Source: Octopus vulgaris (Eukaryota). Taken from it: a stretch of DNA of 64,000 nt. Below, one piece after another: positions 1 through 15,858 of this stretch. The notes under the pieces are model-generated. The model did not search any database. It was not told the origin of the DNA and saw only the letters and a program-made list of their open reading frames with translations. Within the stretch, counting starts at the first letter, position 1. Every line of letters begins with the position of its first letter. The translations under genes were made by a program, and so were the position numbers. The stretch covers positions 3,968,001 through 4,032,000 of the forward strand of contig OX597843.1 in the NCBI GenBank assembly GCA_951406725.2. The letters run 5' to 3'.

Positions 1-618
1 TAAATGGATATTAAGAAGATTTTCAACTATAAAGTTTATTTTATTCTAGCAGTATCGCCCGGCGTTGCTCGGGTTTGTTTCGACCCTTTAGAATCGGAAT
101 TTTTGAAAAGTAAACATTTTGCAATATGTAGCTTGTTATTCTCTTTAATGAACATTTTTCTGGTTCAAATACACCTAAAAATGACGACACAGCAGGCAAA
201 AAATTGTAAAAAAATAGGGATTTTCATAGAAAAAAAGCACCTTTTTGATGTAAATAATTTTTGGTATTAACACGGTTAACACGACTAACTACACTACTAA
301 CAAAAAGGATTTTATATTTAGATATATCTGGGGTACTTATATGTACACATGACTTTTGCTTCGGCTTTTTTTCCATGGGCACATGTAAGTATTTCATTTC
401 TTTTCTTATCGTATTTTCTACTGAAGAGGTAAAAATTTATGAGAGAAATTCTGAAATTAATTCAATATAGAAATAACAAACTTTTTTTTAAAAATTCTGT
501 TGACTAACATCCCGATTTCAGTACAACGTATTTCTATAGTGAGTATATAATAATATGTGGAAACTGACGATTTAAAAGTCTGTTATTAATTTTCTTTTGC
601 CCTTGTTTATAAGTTGTT

Positions 619-679
<61 letters not shown>

Positions 680-681
<2 letters not shown>

Positions 682-835
682 GGGAAGGTTTACGAAAATA
701 AACAAAAGACGAAGGCAGGTGGAGTACAAACAAACAATTGTATTAGTATGGCGCTCAGGAATAGAAGTAAAACAAGTCTTTTACGTTTCGAGCCTACGCT
801 CTTCGACAGAAAGATACACAGAAAAGAAACAAGGA
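680..835 (-). mobile_element. Penelope-like LTR remnant carrying the hammerhead fold; one per array subunit, also ~22241-22343, ~44320-44473 and an inverted piece at ~51907-51945
   Basis: Dispersed repeat acgggaaggtttacgaaaataaacaaaagacgaaggcagg... embedded in (TA)n/(GATA)n. The Penelope class is inferred only from the minimal hammerhead. Confidence 0.5.
777..814 (-). ncRNA. Minimal type-I hammerhead-like fold with variant CUGUCGA core, in a Penelope-like repeat (copies ~4303, 8111, 10145, 12969, 14567, 18368, 44416)
   Basis: Minus strand UCUUU-CUGUCGA-A-GAGC(GUAG)GCUC-GAAA-CG-UA-AAAGA: 5-bp stem I, 4-bp stem II, palindromic ACGU stem III, GUA triplet. Confidence 0.6.
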
Positions 836-849
836 TATATATATATATC

Positions 850-940
<91 letters not shown>

Positions 941-996
941 CATACTAACACACAGAGAGACTACGTATGCTTAATAGTTAATGAGGATTGCCTATA

Positions 997-1057
<61 letters not shown>

Positions 1058-1315
1058 TAATTACACACAGAGACACTACGTATGCTTAATAGTTAATGAG
1101 GATTGCCTATGACATACATTATATCTAATTATGCACGTGAATATATTTTATCTTATTACGTCAACAGTATATATAAACACTTTAAACTTCATGGGAGTTC
1201 CACCTGAATTATATATCCATAATATAATGATAGAGGAAGTCCGAAACTGTGTCGAGCTATTTTCCCCCACGTTATTTAAAAAACGTCATATTACTTTAAA
1301 TAAATTATAAATGAA

Positions 1316-1711
1316 CTAGCAGTATCGCCCGGCGTTGTTCGGGTTTGTAAGGGAAGTAACTATATAAGCATTTTTAGAGAGTTATAGCTAAAAAATAGCA
1401 AAAGATGCATTAAAAATGGGAAAAAAATAATGGTAAATTTCTTTTTCAATCGTTGACTCATCGCAGACATTTTTAGAGAGTTACTCCCCTTATATAATAG
1501 CGAAAAAATGCATTAAAATGTAAATAAATTATGGTAATTTTTTTTTTTATCGTAGACTCATCGTAGACGCGTGCTAATACCCAGAAGGGCTCGATATGAA
1601 TCACGACTATAAGATACCTGCTTTTTGTTACACTGCACCGCAAAATGTGGGAGTAGTTAGGAATCTAAATCGTAGGAGACAGACACACAACTTCACTTTT
1701 ATATATAAAGA
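1316..1711 (-). mobile_element. Non-autonomous Helitron, family A (array copies also at 4843-5238, 8634-9032, 10698-11097, 15080-15478)
   Basis: Minus strand starts TCTTTATATATAAAAGTGAAG and ends CCCGAACAACGCCGGG hairpin + CGATACTG-CTAG. Sits between A and T with no TSD. The empty site is visible at 18881-18895. Confidence 0.88.
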
Positions 1712-2342
1712 TATTAAAAAGATTTTAAACTATAAAGTTTATTTGTATACTAGCAGTATCACCCGGCGTTGCTCGGGTTTGTTTCGACCCTTTAGAATCG
1801 GAATTTTTGAAAAGTAAAAATTTTGCATCATGTAGCCTGTTATTCTCTTTTAAGTGAACATTTTTCTGGTTGAAATACACCGAAAAATGACGACACAGCA
1901 GGCAAAAAATTGTAAAAAATAGGGATTTTCATAGAAAAAAAGCACTTTTTTGATGTAAATAATTTTTGGTGTTAACATGGTTAACACTACTAACTACACT
2001 ACTAACAAAAAGGATTTTATATTTAGATATATCTGGGGTACTTATATGTACACATGACTTTTGCTTCGGATTTTTTTCCATGGGTGCATGTAAGTATTTC
2101 ATTTTTTTCTTTTCGTATTTTCTACTGAAGAGGTAAAAAACCTATGAGATTAATTCCAAAATTGATTCAATACAGAAATAACGAACCTTTTTTAAAAAAT
2201 TCCGTTGACTAGCTTCCCGATTTCAGTACAACGTATTTCTGTAGAGGGTATATAATAATATGTGGAAATTGACAATTCAAAAGTCTGTTATCAGCATATT
2301 GGCAGGGAAATGTTTTTCTTTAGCCCTTGTTTATAAGTTGTT

Positions 2343-2400
<58 letters not shown>

Positions 2401-2401
<1 letters not shown>

Positions 2402-2740
2402 TCTAGTTTCGGCTCAGAGCTGTGGCACTTGGTGAAGCATGGAATTTGATATAGCTACCCTCATTTGCACGTCTTGCCGTGAGGTAGGTTCATCTGGGAC
2501 TCTCGACAGGAAGAGCTCAAGCTTTGATTTAAAAACCCCTACATCTACTTTGTGCAAGCTCTTCAGAGTCTTTGAGAGAATATTAAAAAGCTGTGGGCCC
2601 TTGAAACCCAGGCTGTTGCAGTAACTGGTCCTGAAGTGTGATGGCATTGCTGGGATATTTGACACTATGCAGTGTCGTCCCGTTCTGGCATTGGTGTAGC
2701 TTTCAATGGCAAAATTTGGCACAATTCCTTCCAGGAGATA
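2401..2740 (-). mobile_element. CR1/L2-group LINE 3' fragment (ORF2 C-terminus); copies at ~5931-6270, ~12145-12484, ~16508-16847, ~20090-20430
   Basis: LEGIVPNF..SY.N.RTGR.C...YCNSLGF.GPQLFNIL...FKSKL.LFLS..PDEP matches the longer CR1-like fragment at 49710-50277. Confidence 0.8.
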
Positions 2741-2832
2741 TACATGTATATATATATACCGGAGTAAACACATAAATGTGAAACAAGGTGGAAAAAAGAG
2801 TACTCAAATACCAGTGGTAGAGTAAAATGCTT

Positions 2833-2963
2833 TATTTAAAGCAGCAGAAAATTCAACAAAATCTGTTACTCTGAGTAACAGGTTTCTAGCAAAAACTGTC
2901 CGACGAACGAGAACGTGAAACTCAGAGTAACAGGTTGTGTTGAATTTTCTGCTGCTTTAAATA
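2833..2963 (+). mobile_element. Inverted-repeat Penelope-like remnant with hammerhead fold at 2896-2933 (in every Y subunit)
   Basis: Arms tatttaaagcagcagaaaattcaaca.../...tgttgaattttctgctgctttaaata. Inside: CUGU-CCGACGA-ACG(AGAA)CGU-GAAA-CUC(A)GAG-UA-ACAG. Confidence 0.55.
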
Positions 2964-2965
2964 TA

Positions 2966-3022
<57 letters not shown>

Positions 3023-3069
3023 CACACAGACTAGTATGGTCTTAATAGTTCATGGGGATTGCCTATGAC

Positions 3070-3116
<47 letters not shown>

Positions 3117-3235
3117 GGGAAGGTTTACGAGAATAAACAAAAGACGAAGGCAGGTGGAGTACAAACAAACAGATGTATTAGTATGGCGGTCAGGAATATA
3201 AATAGAACGAGTGTTTTAGGTTGGGGATTGACTAT

Positions 3236-3291
<56 letters not shown>

Positions 3292-4158
3292 TACTTAAAC
3301 ACAGAGAGACTACGTATGCTTAATAGTTAATGGGGATTGCCTATGACATACATATATCTAAATATGCACGTGCATATATTCTATCTTATTACGTCAGCAG
3401 TATATATATACACTTTAAACTTCATGGGAGTTCCACGTTAGTTATATATCTATAATATAATGATAGAGGAAGTCCGAAACTGTGTCGAGCTATTTTCCCC
3501 CCTCGTTATTTAAAAAACGTCATATTACTTTAAATAAATTGTAAATGGATATTAAGAAGATTTTCAACTATAAAGTTTATTTTATTCTAGCAGTATCGCC
3601 CGGCGTTGCTCGGGTTTGTTTCGACCCTTTAGAATCGGAATTTTTGAAAAGTAAAATTTTGCAATATGTAGCTTGTTATTCTCTTTAATGAACATTTTTC
3701 TGGTTCAAATACACCTAAAAATGACGACACAGCAGGCAAAAAATTGTAAAAAAATAGGGATTTTCATAGAAAAAAAGCACCTTTTTGATGTAAATAATTT
3801 TTGGTATTAACACGGTTAACACGACTAACTACACTACTAACAAAAAGGATTTTATATTTAGATATATCTGGGGTACTTATATGTACACATGACTTTTGCT
3901 TCGGCTTTTTTTCCATGGGCACATGTAAGTATTTCATTTCTTTTCTTATCGTATTTTCTACTGAAGAGGTAAAAATTTATGAGAGAAATTCTGAAATTAA
4001 TTCAATATAGAAATAACAAACTTTTTTTTAAAAATTCTGTTGACTAACATCCCGATTTCAGTACAACGTATTTCTATAGTGAGTATATAATAATATGTGG
4101 AAACTGACGATTTAAAAGTCTGTTATTAATTTTCTTTTGCCCTTGTTTATAAGTTGTT

Positions 4159-4207
<49 letters not shown>

Positions 4208-4375
4208 GGGAAGGTTTACGAAAATAAACAAAAGACGAAGGCAGGTGGAGTACAAACAAACAATTGTATTAGTATGGCGCTCAGGAATAGAAGTAAAACA
4301 AGTCTTTTACGTTTCGAGCCTACGCTCTTCGACAGAAAGATACACAGAAAAGAAACAAGGATATATATATATATC

Positions 4376-4471
<96 letters not shown>

Positions 4472-4523
4472 CTAACACACAGAGAGACTACGTATGCTTA
4501 ATAGTTAATGAGGATTGCCTATA

Positions 4524-4584
<61 letters not shown>

Positions 4585-5868
4585 TAATTACACACAGAGA
4601 CACTACGTATGCTTAATAGTTAATGAGGATTGCCTATGACATACATTATATCTAATTATGCACGTGAATATATTTTATCTTATTACGTCAACAGTATATA
4701 TAAACACTTTAAACTTCATGGGAGTTCCACCTGAATTATATATCCATAATATAATGATAGAGGAAGTCCGAAACTGTGTCGAGCTATTTTCCCCCACGTT
4801 ATTTAAAAAACGTCATATTACTTTAAATAAATTATAAATGAACTAGCAGTATCGCCCGGCGTTGTTCGGGTTTGTAAGGGAAGTAACTATATAAGCATTT
4901 TTAGAGAGTTATAGCTAAAAAATAGCAAAAAATGCATTAAAAATGGGAAAAAAATAATGGTAAATTTCTTTTTCAATCGTTGACTCATCGCAGACATTTT
5001 TAGAGAGTTACTCCCCTTATATAATAGCGAAAAAATGCATTAAAATGTAAATAAATTATGGTAATTTTTTTTTTTATCGTAGACTCATCGTAGACGCGTG
5101 CTAATACCCAGAAGGGCTCGATATGAATCACGACTATAAGATACCTGCTTTTTGTTACACTGCACCGCAAAATGTGGGAGTAGTTAGGAATCTAAATCGT
5201 AGGAGACAGACACACAACTTCACTTTTATATATAAAGATATTAAAAAGATTTTAAACTATAAAGTTTATTTGTATACTAGCAGTATCACCCGGCGTTGCT
5301 CGGGTTTGTTTCGACCCTTTAGAATCGGAATTTTTGAAAAGTAAAAATTTTGCATCATGTAGCCTGTTATTCTCTTTAAGTGAACATTTTTCTGGTTGAA
5401 ATACACCTAAAAATGACGACACAGCAGGCAAAAAATTGTAAAAAATAGGGATTTTCATAGAAAAAAAGCACTTTTTTGATGTAAATAATTTTTGGTGTTA
5501 ACATGGTTAACACTACTAACTACACTACTAACAAAAAGGATTTTATATTTAGATATATCTGGGGTACTTATATGTACACATGACTTTTGCTTCGGATTTT
5601 TTTCCATGGGTGCATGTAAGTATTTCATTTTTTTTCTTTTCGTATTTTCTACTGAAGAGGTAAAAAACCTATGAGATTAATTCCAAAATTGATTCAATAC
5701 AGAAATAACGAACCTTTTTTAAAAATTCCGTTGACTAGCTTCCCGATTTCAGTACAACGTATTTCTGTAGAGGGTATATAATAATATGTGGAAATTGACA
5801 ATTCAAAAGTCTGTTATCAGCATATTGGCAGGGAAATGTTTTTCTTTAGCCCTTGTTTATAAGTTGTT

Positions 5869-5931
<63 letters not shown>

Positions 5932-6496
5932 TCTAGTTTCGGCTCAGAGCTGTGGCACTTGGTGAAGCATGGAATTTGATATAGCTACCCTCATTTGCAC
6001 GTCTTGCCGTGAGGTAGGTTCATCTGGGACTCTCGACAGGAAGAGCTCAAGCTTTGATTTAAAAACCCCTACATCTACTTTGTGCAAGCTCTTCAGAGTC
6101 TTTGAGAGAATATTAAAAAGCTGTGGGCCCTTGAAACCCAGGCTGTTGCAGTAACTGGTCCTGAAGTGTGATGGCATTGCTGGGATATTTGACACTATGC
6201 AGTGTCGTCCCGTTCTGGCATTGGTGTAGCTTTCAATGGCAAAATTTGGCACAATTCCTTCCAGGAGATATACATGTATATATATATACCGGAGTAAACA
6301 CATAAATGTGAAACAAGGTGGAAAAAAAGAGTACTCAAATACCAGTGGTAGAGTAAAATGCTTTATTTAAAGCAGCAGAAAATTCAACAAAATCTGTTAC
6401 TCTGAGTAACAGGTTTCTAGCAAAAACTGTCCGACGAACGAGAACGTGAGACTCAGAGTAACAGGTTTTGTTGAATTTTCTGCTGCTTTAAATATA

Positions 6497-6549
<53 letters not shown>

Positions 6550-6593
6550 CACACAGACTAGTATGGTCTTAATAGTTCATGGGGATTGCCTAT

Positions 6594-6651
<58 letters not shown>

Positions 6652-6770
6652 GGGAAGGTTTACGAAAATAAACAAAAGACGAAGGCAGGTGGAGTACAAA
6701 CAAACAAATGTATTAGTATGGCGCTCAGGAATAGAAATAGAACGAGTGTTTTAGGTTGGGGATTGCCTAT

Positions 6771-6826
<56 letters not shown>

Positions 6827-7049
6827 CTTAAACACAGAGAGACTACGTATGCTTAATAGTTCATGGGGATTGCCTATGACATATATATACATATATATAT
6901 ATATATATAAAACGGGAAGGTTTACGAGAATAAACAAAAGACGAAGGCAGGTGGAGTACAAACAAACAGATGTATTAGTATGGCGGTCAGGAATATAAAT
7001 AGAACAAGTGTTTTACGTTGGGGGTTGCCTATGACACACACACACACAT

Positions 7050-7104
<55 letters not shown>

Positions 7105-7964
7105 TACTTACACAGACAGAGATGCTTAATAGTTAATGGGGATTGCCTATGACATACATATATCTAAATATGCACGTGCATATATTCTATCTTATTACGT
7201 CAGCAGTATATATAAACACTTTAAACTTCATGGGAGTTCCACGTTAGTTATATATCTATAATATAATGATAGAGGAAGTCCGAAACTGTGTCGAGCTATT
7301 TTCCCCCCTCGTTATTTAAAAAACGTCATATTACTTTAAATAAATTGTAAATGGATATTAAGAAGATTTTCAACTATAAAGTTTATTTGTATTCTAGCAG
7401 TATCGCCCGGCGTTGCTCGGGTTTGTTTCGACCCTTTAGAATCGGAATTTTTGAAAAGTAAAAATTTTGCAATATGTAGTTTGTTATTCTCTTTAAGGGA
7501 ACATTTTTCTGGTTCAAATACACCTAAAAATGACGACACAGCAGGCAAAAAATTGTAAAAAAATAGGGATTTTCATAGAAAAAAGCACTTTTTGATGTAA
7601 ATAATTTTTGGTATTGACACGGTTAACACTACTAACTACACTACTAACAAAAAGGATTTTATATTTAGATATATCTGGGGTACTTATATGTACACATGAC
7701 TTTTGCTTCGGCTTTTTTTCCATGGGCGCATGTAAGTATTTCATTTATTTCTTATCGTATTTTCTACTGAAGAGGAAAAAATTTATGAGAGAAATTCTGA
7801 AATTAATTCAATATAGAAATAACAAACTTTTTTTAAAAATTCTGTTGACTAACTTCCCGATTTCAGTACAACCTATTTCTGTAGTGAGTATATAATAATA
7901 TGTGGAAATTGACGATTTAAAAGTCTGTTATTAATTTTCTTTTTGCCCTTGTTTATAAGTTGTT

Positions 7965-8010
<46 letters not shown>

Positions 8011-8280
8011 TATTACGGGAAGGTTTACGAAATAAACAAAAGACGAAGGCAGGTGGAGTACAAACAAACAATTGTATTAGTATGGCGCTCGGGAATAGAA
8101 GTAAAACAAGTCTTTTACGTTTCGAGCCTACGCTCTTCGACAGAAAGATACACAGAAAAGAAACAAGGATATATATATATATCTATATATATATATATAT
8201 ATAAGATAGATATCTATATATATACATACTAACACACAGAGAGACTACGTATGCTTAATAGTTAATGAGGATTATATACT

Positions 8281-8374
<94 letters not shown>

Positions 8375-9335
8375 TAATTACACACAGAGAGACTACGTAT
8401 GCTTAATAGTTAATGAGGATTGCCTATGACATACATTATATCTAAATATGCACGTGCATATATTCTATCTTATTACGTCAACAGTATATATAAACACTTT
8501 AAACTTCATGGGAGTTCCACGTGAATTATATATCTATAATATAATGATAGAGGAAGTCCGATACTGTGTCGAGCTATTTTCCCCCCACGTTATTTAAAAA
8601 ACGTCATATTACTTTAAATAAATTATAAATGAACTAGCAGTATCGCCCGGCGTTGTTCGGGTTTGTAAGGGAAATAACTATATAAGGATTTTTAGAGAGT
8701 TATAGCCAAAAAATAGCAAAAAATGCATCAAAAATGGAAAAAAAATTATGGTAAATTTTTATTTTAAATCGTTGACTCATCGCAGACATTTTTAGAGAGT
8801 TACTTCCCCTATATAATAGCGAAAAAATGCATTAAAATGGAAAAAAATTATGGTAATTTTTTTTTTTAAATCGTAGTCTCATCGTAGACGCGTGCTAATA
8901 CCCAGAAGGGCTCGATATGAATCACGACTATAAGATACCTGCTTTTGGTTACACTGCACCGCAAAATGTGGGAGTAGTTAGGAATCTAAATCGTAGGAGA
9001 CAGACACACAACTTCACTTTTACATATAAAGATATTAAAAAGATTTTAAACTATAAAGTTTATTTGTATACTAGCAGTATCGCCCGGCGTTGCTCGGGTT
9101 TGTTTCGACCCTTTAGAATCGGAATTTTTGAAAAGTAAAAATTTTGCATCATGTAGCCTGTTATTCTCTTTAAGTGAACATTTTTCTGGTTAAAATACAC
9201 CGAAAAATGGCGACACAGCAGGCAAAAAATTGTAAAAAATAGGGATTTTCATAGAAAAAAAGCACCTTTTTGATGCAAATAATTTTTGGTGTTAACAGGG
9301 TCCGATTTGAATTTTTTTCTTCTATGGAACTTCAG

Positions 9336-9413
<78 letters not shown>

Positions 9414-9998
9414 GTGTGTGTGTGTATACTGGCAGTATCGCCCGGTGTTGCTCGGGTTTGTTTCGACCCTTTAGAATCGGAATTTTTGAAAAGTAAACAT
9501 TTTGCATTATGTAGCTTGTTATTCTCTTTAAGGAACATTTTTCTGGTTCAAATACACCTAAAAATGACGACACAGCAGGCAAAAAATTGTAAAAAAATAG
9601 GGATTTTCATAGAAAAAAGCACTTTTTGATGTAAATAATTTTTGGTATTGACACGGTTAACACTACTAACTACACTACTAACAAAAAGGATTTTATATTT
9701 AGATATATCTGGGGTACTTATATGTACACATGACTTTTGCTTCGGCTTTTTTTCCATGGGCGCATGTAAGTATTTCATTTATTTCTTATCGTATTTTCTA
9801 CTGAAGAGGAAAAATTTATGAGAGAAATTCTGAAATTAATTCAATATAGAAATAACAAACTTTTTTTTAAAAAATTCTGTTGACTAACTTCCCGATTTCA
9901 GTACCACCTATTTCTGTAGTGAGTATATAATAATATGTGGAAATTGACGATTTAAAAGTCTGTTATTAATTTTCTTTTGCCCTTGTTTATAAGTTGTT

Positions 9999-10044
<46 letters not shown>

Positions 10045-10200
10045 TGTTACGGGAAGGTTTACGAAATAAACAAAAGACGAAGGCAGGTGGAGTACAAACA
10101 AACAATTGTATTAGTATGGCGCTCGGGAATAGAAGTAAAACAAGTCTTTTACGTTTCGAGCCTACGCTCTTCGACAGAAAGATACACAGAAAAGAAACAA

Positions 10201-10233
<33 letters not shown>

Positions 10234-10256
10234 TAGATAGATATATATATATAATA

Positions 10257-10296
<40 letters not shown>

Positions 10297-10358
10297 ATAT
10301 ATATACATACTAACACACAGAGAGACTACGTATGCTTAATAGTTAATGAGGATTGCCT

Positions 10359-10446
<88 letters not shown>

Positions 10447-11400
10447 CACACAGAGAGACTACGTATGCTTAATAGTTAATGAGGATTGCCTATGACATAC
10501 ATTATATCTAAATATGCACGTGCATATATTCTATCTTATTACGTCAGCAGTATATATAAACACTTTAAACTTCATGGGAGTTCCACGTGAATTATATATC
10601 TATAATATAATGATAGAGGAAGTCCGATACTGTGTCGAGCTATTTTCCCCACGTTATTTAAAAAACGTCATATTACTTTAAATAAATTATAAATGAACTA
10701 GCAGTATCGCCCGGCGTTGTTCGGGTTTGTAAGGGAAATAACTATATAAGGATTTTTAGAGAGTTATAGCCAAAAAAATAGCAAAAAATGCATCAAAAAT
10801 GGAAAAAAAATTATGGTAAATTTTTATTTTAAATCGTTGACTCATCGCAGACATTTTTAGAGAGTTACTTCCCCTATATAATAGCGAAAAAAATGCATTA
10901 AAATGGAAAAAAATTATGGTAATTTTTTTTTTAAATCGTAGTCTCATCGTAGACGCGTGCTAATACCCAGAAGGGCTCGATATGAATCACGACTATAAGA
11001 TACCTGCTTTTGGTTACACTGCACCGCAAAATGTGGGAGTAGTTAGGAATCTAAATCGTAGGAGACAGACACACAACTTCACTTTTACATATAAAGATAT
11101 TAAAAAGATTTTAAACTATAAAGTTTATTTGTATACTAGCAGTATCGCCCGGCGTTGCTCGGGTTTGTTTCGACCCTTTAGAATCGGAATTTTTGAAAAG
11201 TAAAAATTTTGCATCATGTAGCCTGTTATTCTCTTTAAGTGAACATTTTTCTGGTTAAAATACACCGAAAAATGGCGACACAGCAGGCAAAAAATTGTAA
11301 AAAATAGGGATTTTCATAGAAAAAAAGCACCTTTTTGATGCAAATAATTTTTGGTGTTAACAGGGTCCGATTTGAATTTTTTTCTTCTATGGAACTTCAG

Positions 11401-11493
<93 letters not shown>

Positions 11494-12084
11494 CTGGCAG
11501 TATCGCCCGGTGTTGCTCGGGTTTGTTTCGACCCTTTAGAATCGGAATTTTTGAAAAGTAAACATTTTGCATTATGTAGCTTGTTATTCTCTTTATGTGA
11601 ACATTTTTCTGGTTGAAATACACCGAAAAATGACGACACAGCAGGCAAAAAATTGTAAAAAATAGGGATTTTCATAGAAAAAAAGCACTTTTTTGATGTA
11701 AATAATTTTTGGTGTTAACACGGTTAACACTACTAACTACACTACTAACAAAAAGGATTTTATATTTAGATATATCTGGGGTACTTATATGTACACATGA
11801 CTTTTGCTTCGGATTTTTTTCCATGGGTGCATGTAAGTATTTCATTTTTTTCTTTTCGTATTTTCTACTGAAGAGGTAAAAATTTATGAGATTAATTCCA
11901 AAATTGATTCAATACAGAAATAACGAACTTTTTTTTAAAAATTCCGTTGACTAGCTTCCCGATTTCAGTACAACGTATTTCTGTAGAGGGTATAGAATAA
12001 TATGTGGAAATTGACAATTCAAAAGTCTGTTATCAGCATATTGGCAGGGAAATGTTTTTCTTTAGCCCTTGTTTATAAGTTGTT

Positions 12085-12145
<61 letters not shown>

Positions 12146-12710
12146 TCTAGTTTCGGCTCAGAGCTGTGGCACTTGGTGAAGCATGGAATTTGATATAGCT
12201 ACCCTCATTTGCACCTCTTGCCGTGAGGTAGGTTCATCTGGGACTCTCGACAGGAAGAGGTCCAGCTTTGATTTAAAAAACCCTACGTCTACTTCGTGCA
12301 GGTTCCTCAGAGTCTTTGAGAGAATATTAAAAAGCTGTGGGCCCTTGAAACCCAGGCTGTTGCAGTAACTGGTCCTGAAGTGTGATGGCATTGCTGGGAT
12401 ATTTGACACTATGCAGTGTCGTCCCGTTCTGGCATTGGTGTAGCTTTCAATGCCAAAATTTGGCACAATTCCTTCCAGGAGATATACATGTATATATATA
12501 TACCGGAGTAAACACATAAATGTGAAACAAGGTGGAAAAAAAGAGTACTCAAATACCAGTGGTAGAGTAAAATGCTTTATTTAAAGCAGCAGAAAATTCA
12601 ACAAAATCTGTTACTCTGAGTAACAGGTTTCTAGCAAAAACTGTCCGACGAACGAGAACGTGAGACTCAGAGTAACAGGTTTTGTTGAATTTTCTGCTGC
12701 TTTAAATATA

Positions 12711-12753
<43 letters not shown>

Positions 12754-12800
12754 CACACAGACTAGTATGGTCTTAATAGTTCATGGGGATTGCCTATGAC

Positions 12801-12873
<73 letters not shown>

Positions 12874-13132
12874 GGGAAGGTTTACGAAAATAAACAAAAG
12901 ACGAAGGCAGGTGGAGTACAAACAAACAAATGTATTAGTATGGCGCTCGGGAATAGAAGTAAAACAAGTCTTTTACGTTTCGAGCCTACGCTCTTCGACA
13001 GAAAGATACACAGAAAAGAAACAAGGATATATATATATCTATATATATATATATAGACAGATAGATATCTATATATATACATACTAACACACAGAGAGAC
13101 TACGTATGCTTAATAGTTAATGAGGATTGCCT

Positions 13133-13180
<48 letters not shown>

Positions 13181-13209
13181 ACAAGTGTTTTAGGTTGGGG
13201 ATTGCCTAT

Positions 13210-13257
<48 letters not shown>

Positions 13258-13496
13258 TATTTAAACACAGAGAGACTACGTATGCTTAATAGTTCATGGG
13301 GATTGCCTATGACATATATATACATATATATATATATATATAAAACGGGAAGGTATAAACGGGAAGGTTTACGAGAATAAACAAAAGACGAAGGCAGGTG
13401 GAGTACAAACAAACAGATGTATTAGTATGGCGGTCAGGAATATAAATAGAACAAGTGTTTTACGTTGGGGGTTGCCTATGACACACACACACACAT

Positions 13497-13557
<61 letters not shown>

Positions 13558-14418
13558 TACTTACACACACAGAGATGCTTAATAGTTAATGGGGATTGCC
13601 TATGACATACATATATCTAAATATGCACGTGCATATATTCTATCTTATTACGTCAGCAGTATATATAAACACTTTAAACTTCATGGGAGTTCCACGTTAG
13701 TTATATATCTATAATATAATGATAGAGGAAGTCCGAAACTGTGTCGAGCTATTTTCCCCCCTCGTTATTTAAAAAACGTCATATTACTTTAAATAAATTG
13801 TAAATGGATATTAAGAAGATTTTCAACTATAAAGTTTATTTGTATTCTAGCAGTATCGCCCGGCGTTGCTCGGGTTTGTTTCGACCCTTTAGAATCGGAA
13901 TTTTTGAAAAGTAAAAATTTTGCAATATGTAGTTTGTTATTCTCTTTAAGGGAACATTTTTCTGGTTCAAATACACCTAAAAATGACGACACAGCAGGCA
14001 AAAAATTGTAAAAAAATAGGGATTTTCATAGAAAAAAGCACCTTTTTGATGTAAATAATTTTTGGTATTGACACGGTTAACACTACTAACTACACTACTA
14101 ACAAAAAGGATTTTATATTTAGATATATCTGGGGTACTTATATGTACACATGACTTTTGCTTCGGCTTTTTTTCCATGGGCGCATGTAAGTATTTCATTT
14201 ATTTCTTATCGTATTTTCTACTGAAGAGGAAAAAATTTATGAGAGAAATTCTGAAATTAATTCAATATAGAAATAACAAACTTTTTTTAAAAAATTCTGT
14301 TGACTAACTTCCCGATTTCAGTACAACCTATTTCTGTAGTGAGTATATAATAATATGTGGAAATTGACGATTTAAAAGTCTGTTATTAATTTTCTTTTGC
14401 CCTTGTTTATAAGTTGTT

Positions 14419-14466
<48 letters not shown>

Positions 14467-14732
14467 TGTTACGGGAAGGTTTACGAAATAAACAAAAGAC
14501 GAAGGCAGGTGGAGTACAAACAAACAATTGTATTAGTATGGCGCTCGGGAATAGAAGTAAAACAAGTCTTTTACGTTTCGAGCCTACGCTCTTCGACAGA
14601 AAGATACACAGAAAAGAAACAAGGATATATATATATCTATATATATATATATATAGACAGATAGATATCTATATATATACATACTAACACACAGAGAGAC
14701 TACGTATGCTTAATAGTTAATGAGGATTGCCT

Positions 14733-14820
<88 letters not shown>

Positions 14821-15782
14821 TAATTACACACAGAGAGACTACGTATGCTTAATAGTTAATGAGGATTGCCTATGACATACATTATATCTAAATATGCACG
14901 TGCATATATTCTATCTTATTACGTCAGCAGTATATATAAACACTTTAAACTTCATGGGAGTTCCACGTGAATTATATATCTATAATATAATGATAGAGGA
15001 AGTCCGATACTGTGTCGAGCTATTTTCCCCCCACGTTATTTAAAAAACGTCATATTACTTTAAATAAATTATAAATGAACTAGCAGTATCGCCCGGCGTT
15101 GTTCGGGTTTGTAAGGGAAATAACTATATAAGGATTTTTAGAGAGTTATAGCCAAAAAATAGCAAAAAATGCATCAAAAATGGAAAAAAAATTATGGTAA
15201 ATTTTTGTTTTAAATCGTTGACTCATCGCAGATATTTTTAGAGAGTTACTTCCCCTATATAATAGCGAAAAAAATGCATTAAAATGGAAAAAAATTATGG
15301 TAATTTTTTTTTTAAATCGTAGTCTCATCGTAGACGCGTGCTAATACCCAGAAGGGCTCGATATGAATCACGACTATAAGATACCTGCTTTTGGTTACAC
15401 TGCACCGCAAAATGTGGGAGTAGTTAGGAATCTAAATCGTAGGAGACAGACACACAACTTCACTTTTACATATAAAGATATTAAAAAGATTTTAAACTAT
15501 AAAGTTTATTTGTATACTAGCAGTATCGCCCGGCGTTGCTCGGGTTTGTTTCGACCCTTTAGAATCGGAATTTTTGAAAAGTAAAAATTTTGCATCATGT
15601 AGCCTGTTATTCTCTTTAAGTGAACATTTTTCTGGTTAAAATACACCGAAAAATGGCGACACAGCAGGCAAAAAATTGTAAAAAATAGGGATTTTCATAG
15701 AAAAAAAAGCACCTTTTTGATGCAAATAATTTTTGGTGTTAACAGGGTCCGATTTGAATTTTTTTCTTCTATGGAACTTCAG

Positions 15783-15858
<76 letters not shown>

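Noticed and set aside
1222-1262. Further hammerhead-like motif (ataatga-tagagga-ag-tcc-gaaac-tgt-gtc) in every subunit
   Set aside because: Two core mismatches and no stem I; at best a highly decayed relic.
1596-1817. Recurrent 73-aa ORF (5 copies) as a tandem gene family
   Set aside because: It straddles the Helitron A end, a spacer and the Helitron B end; recurrence simply reflects array duplication.
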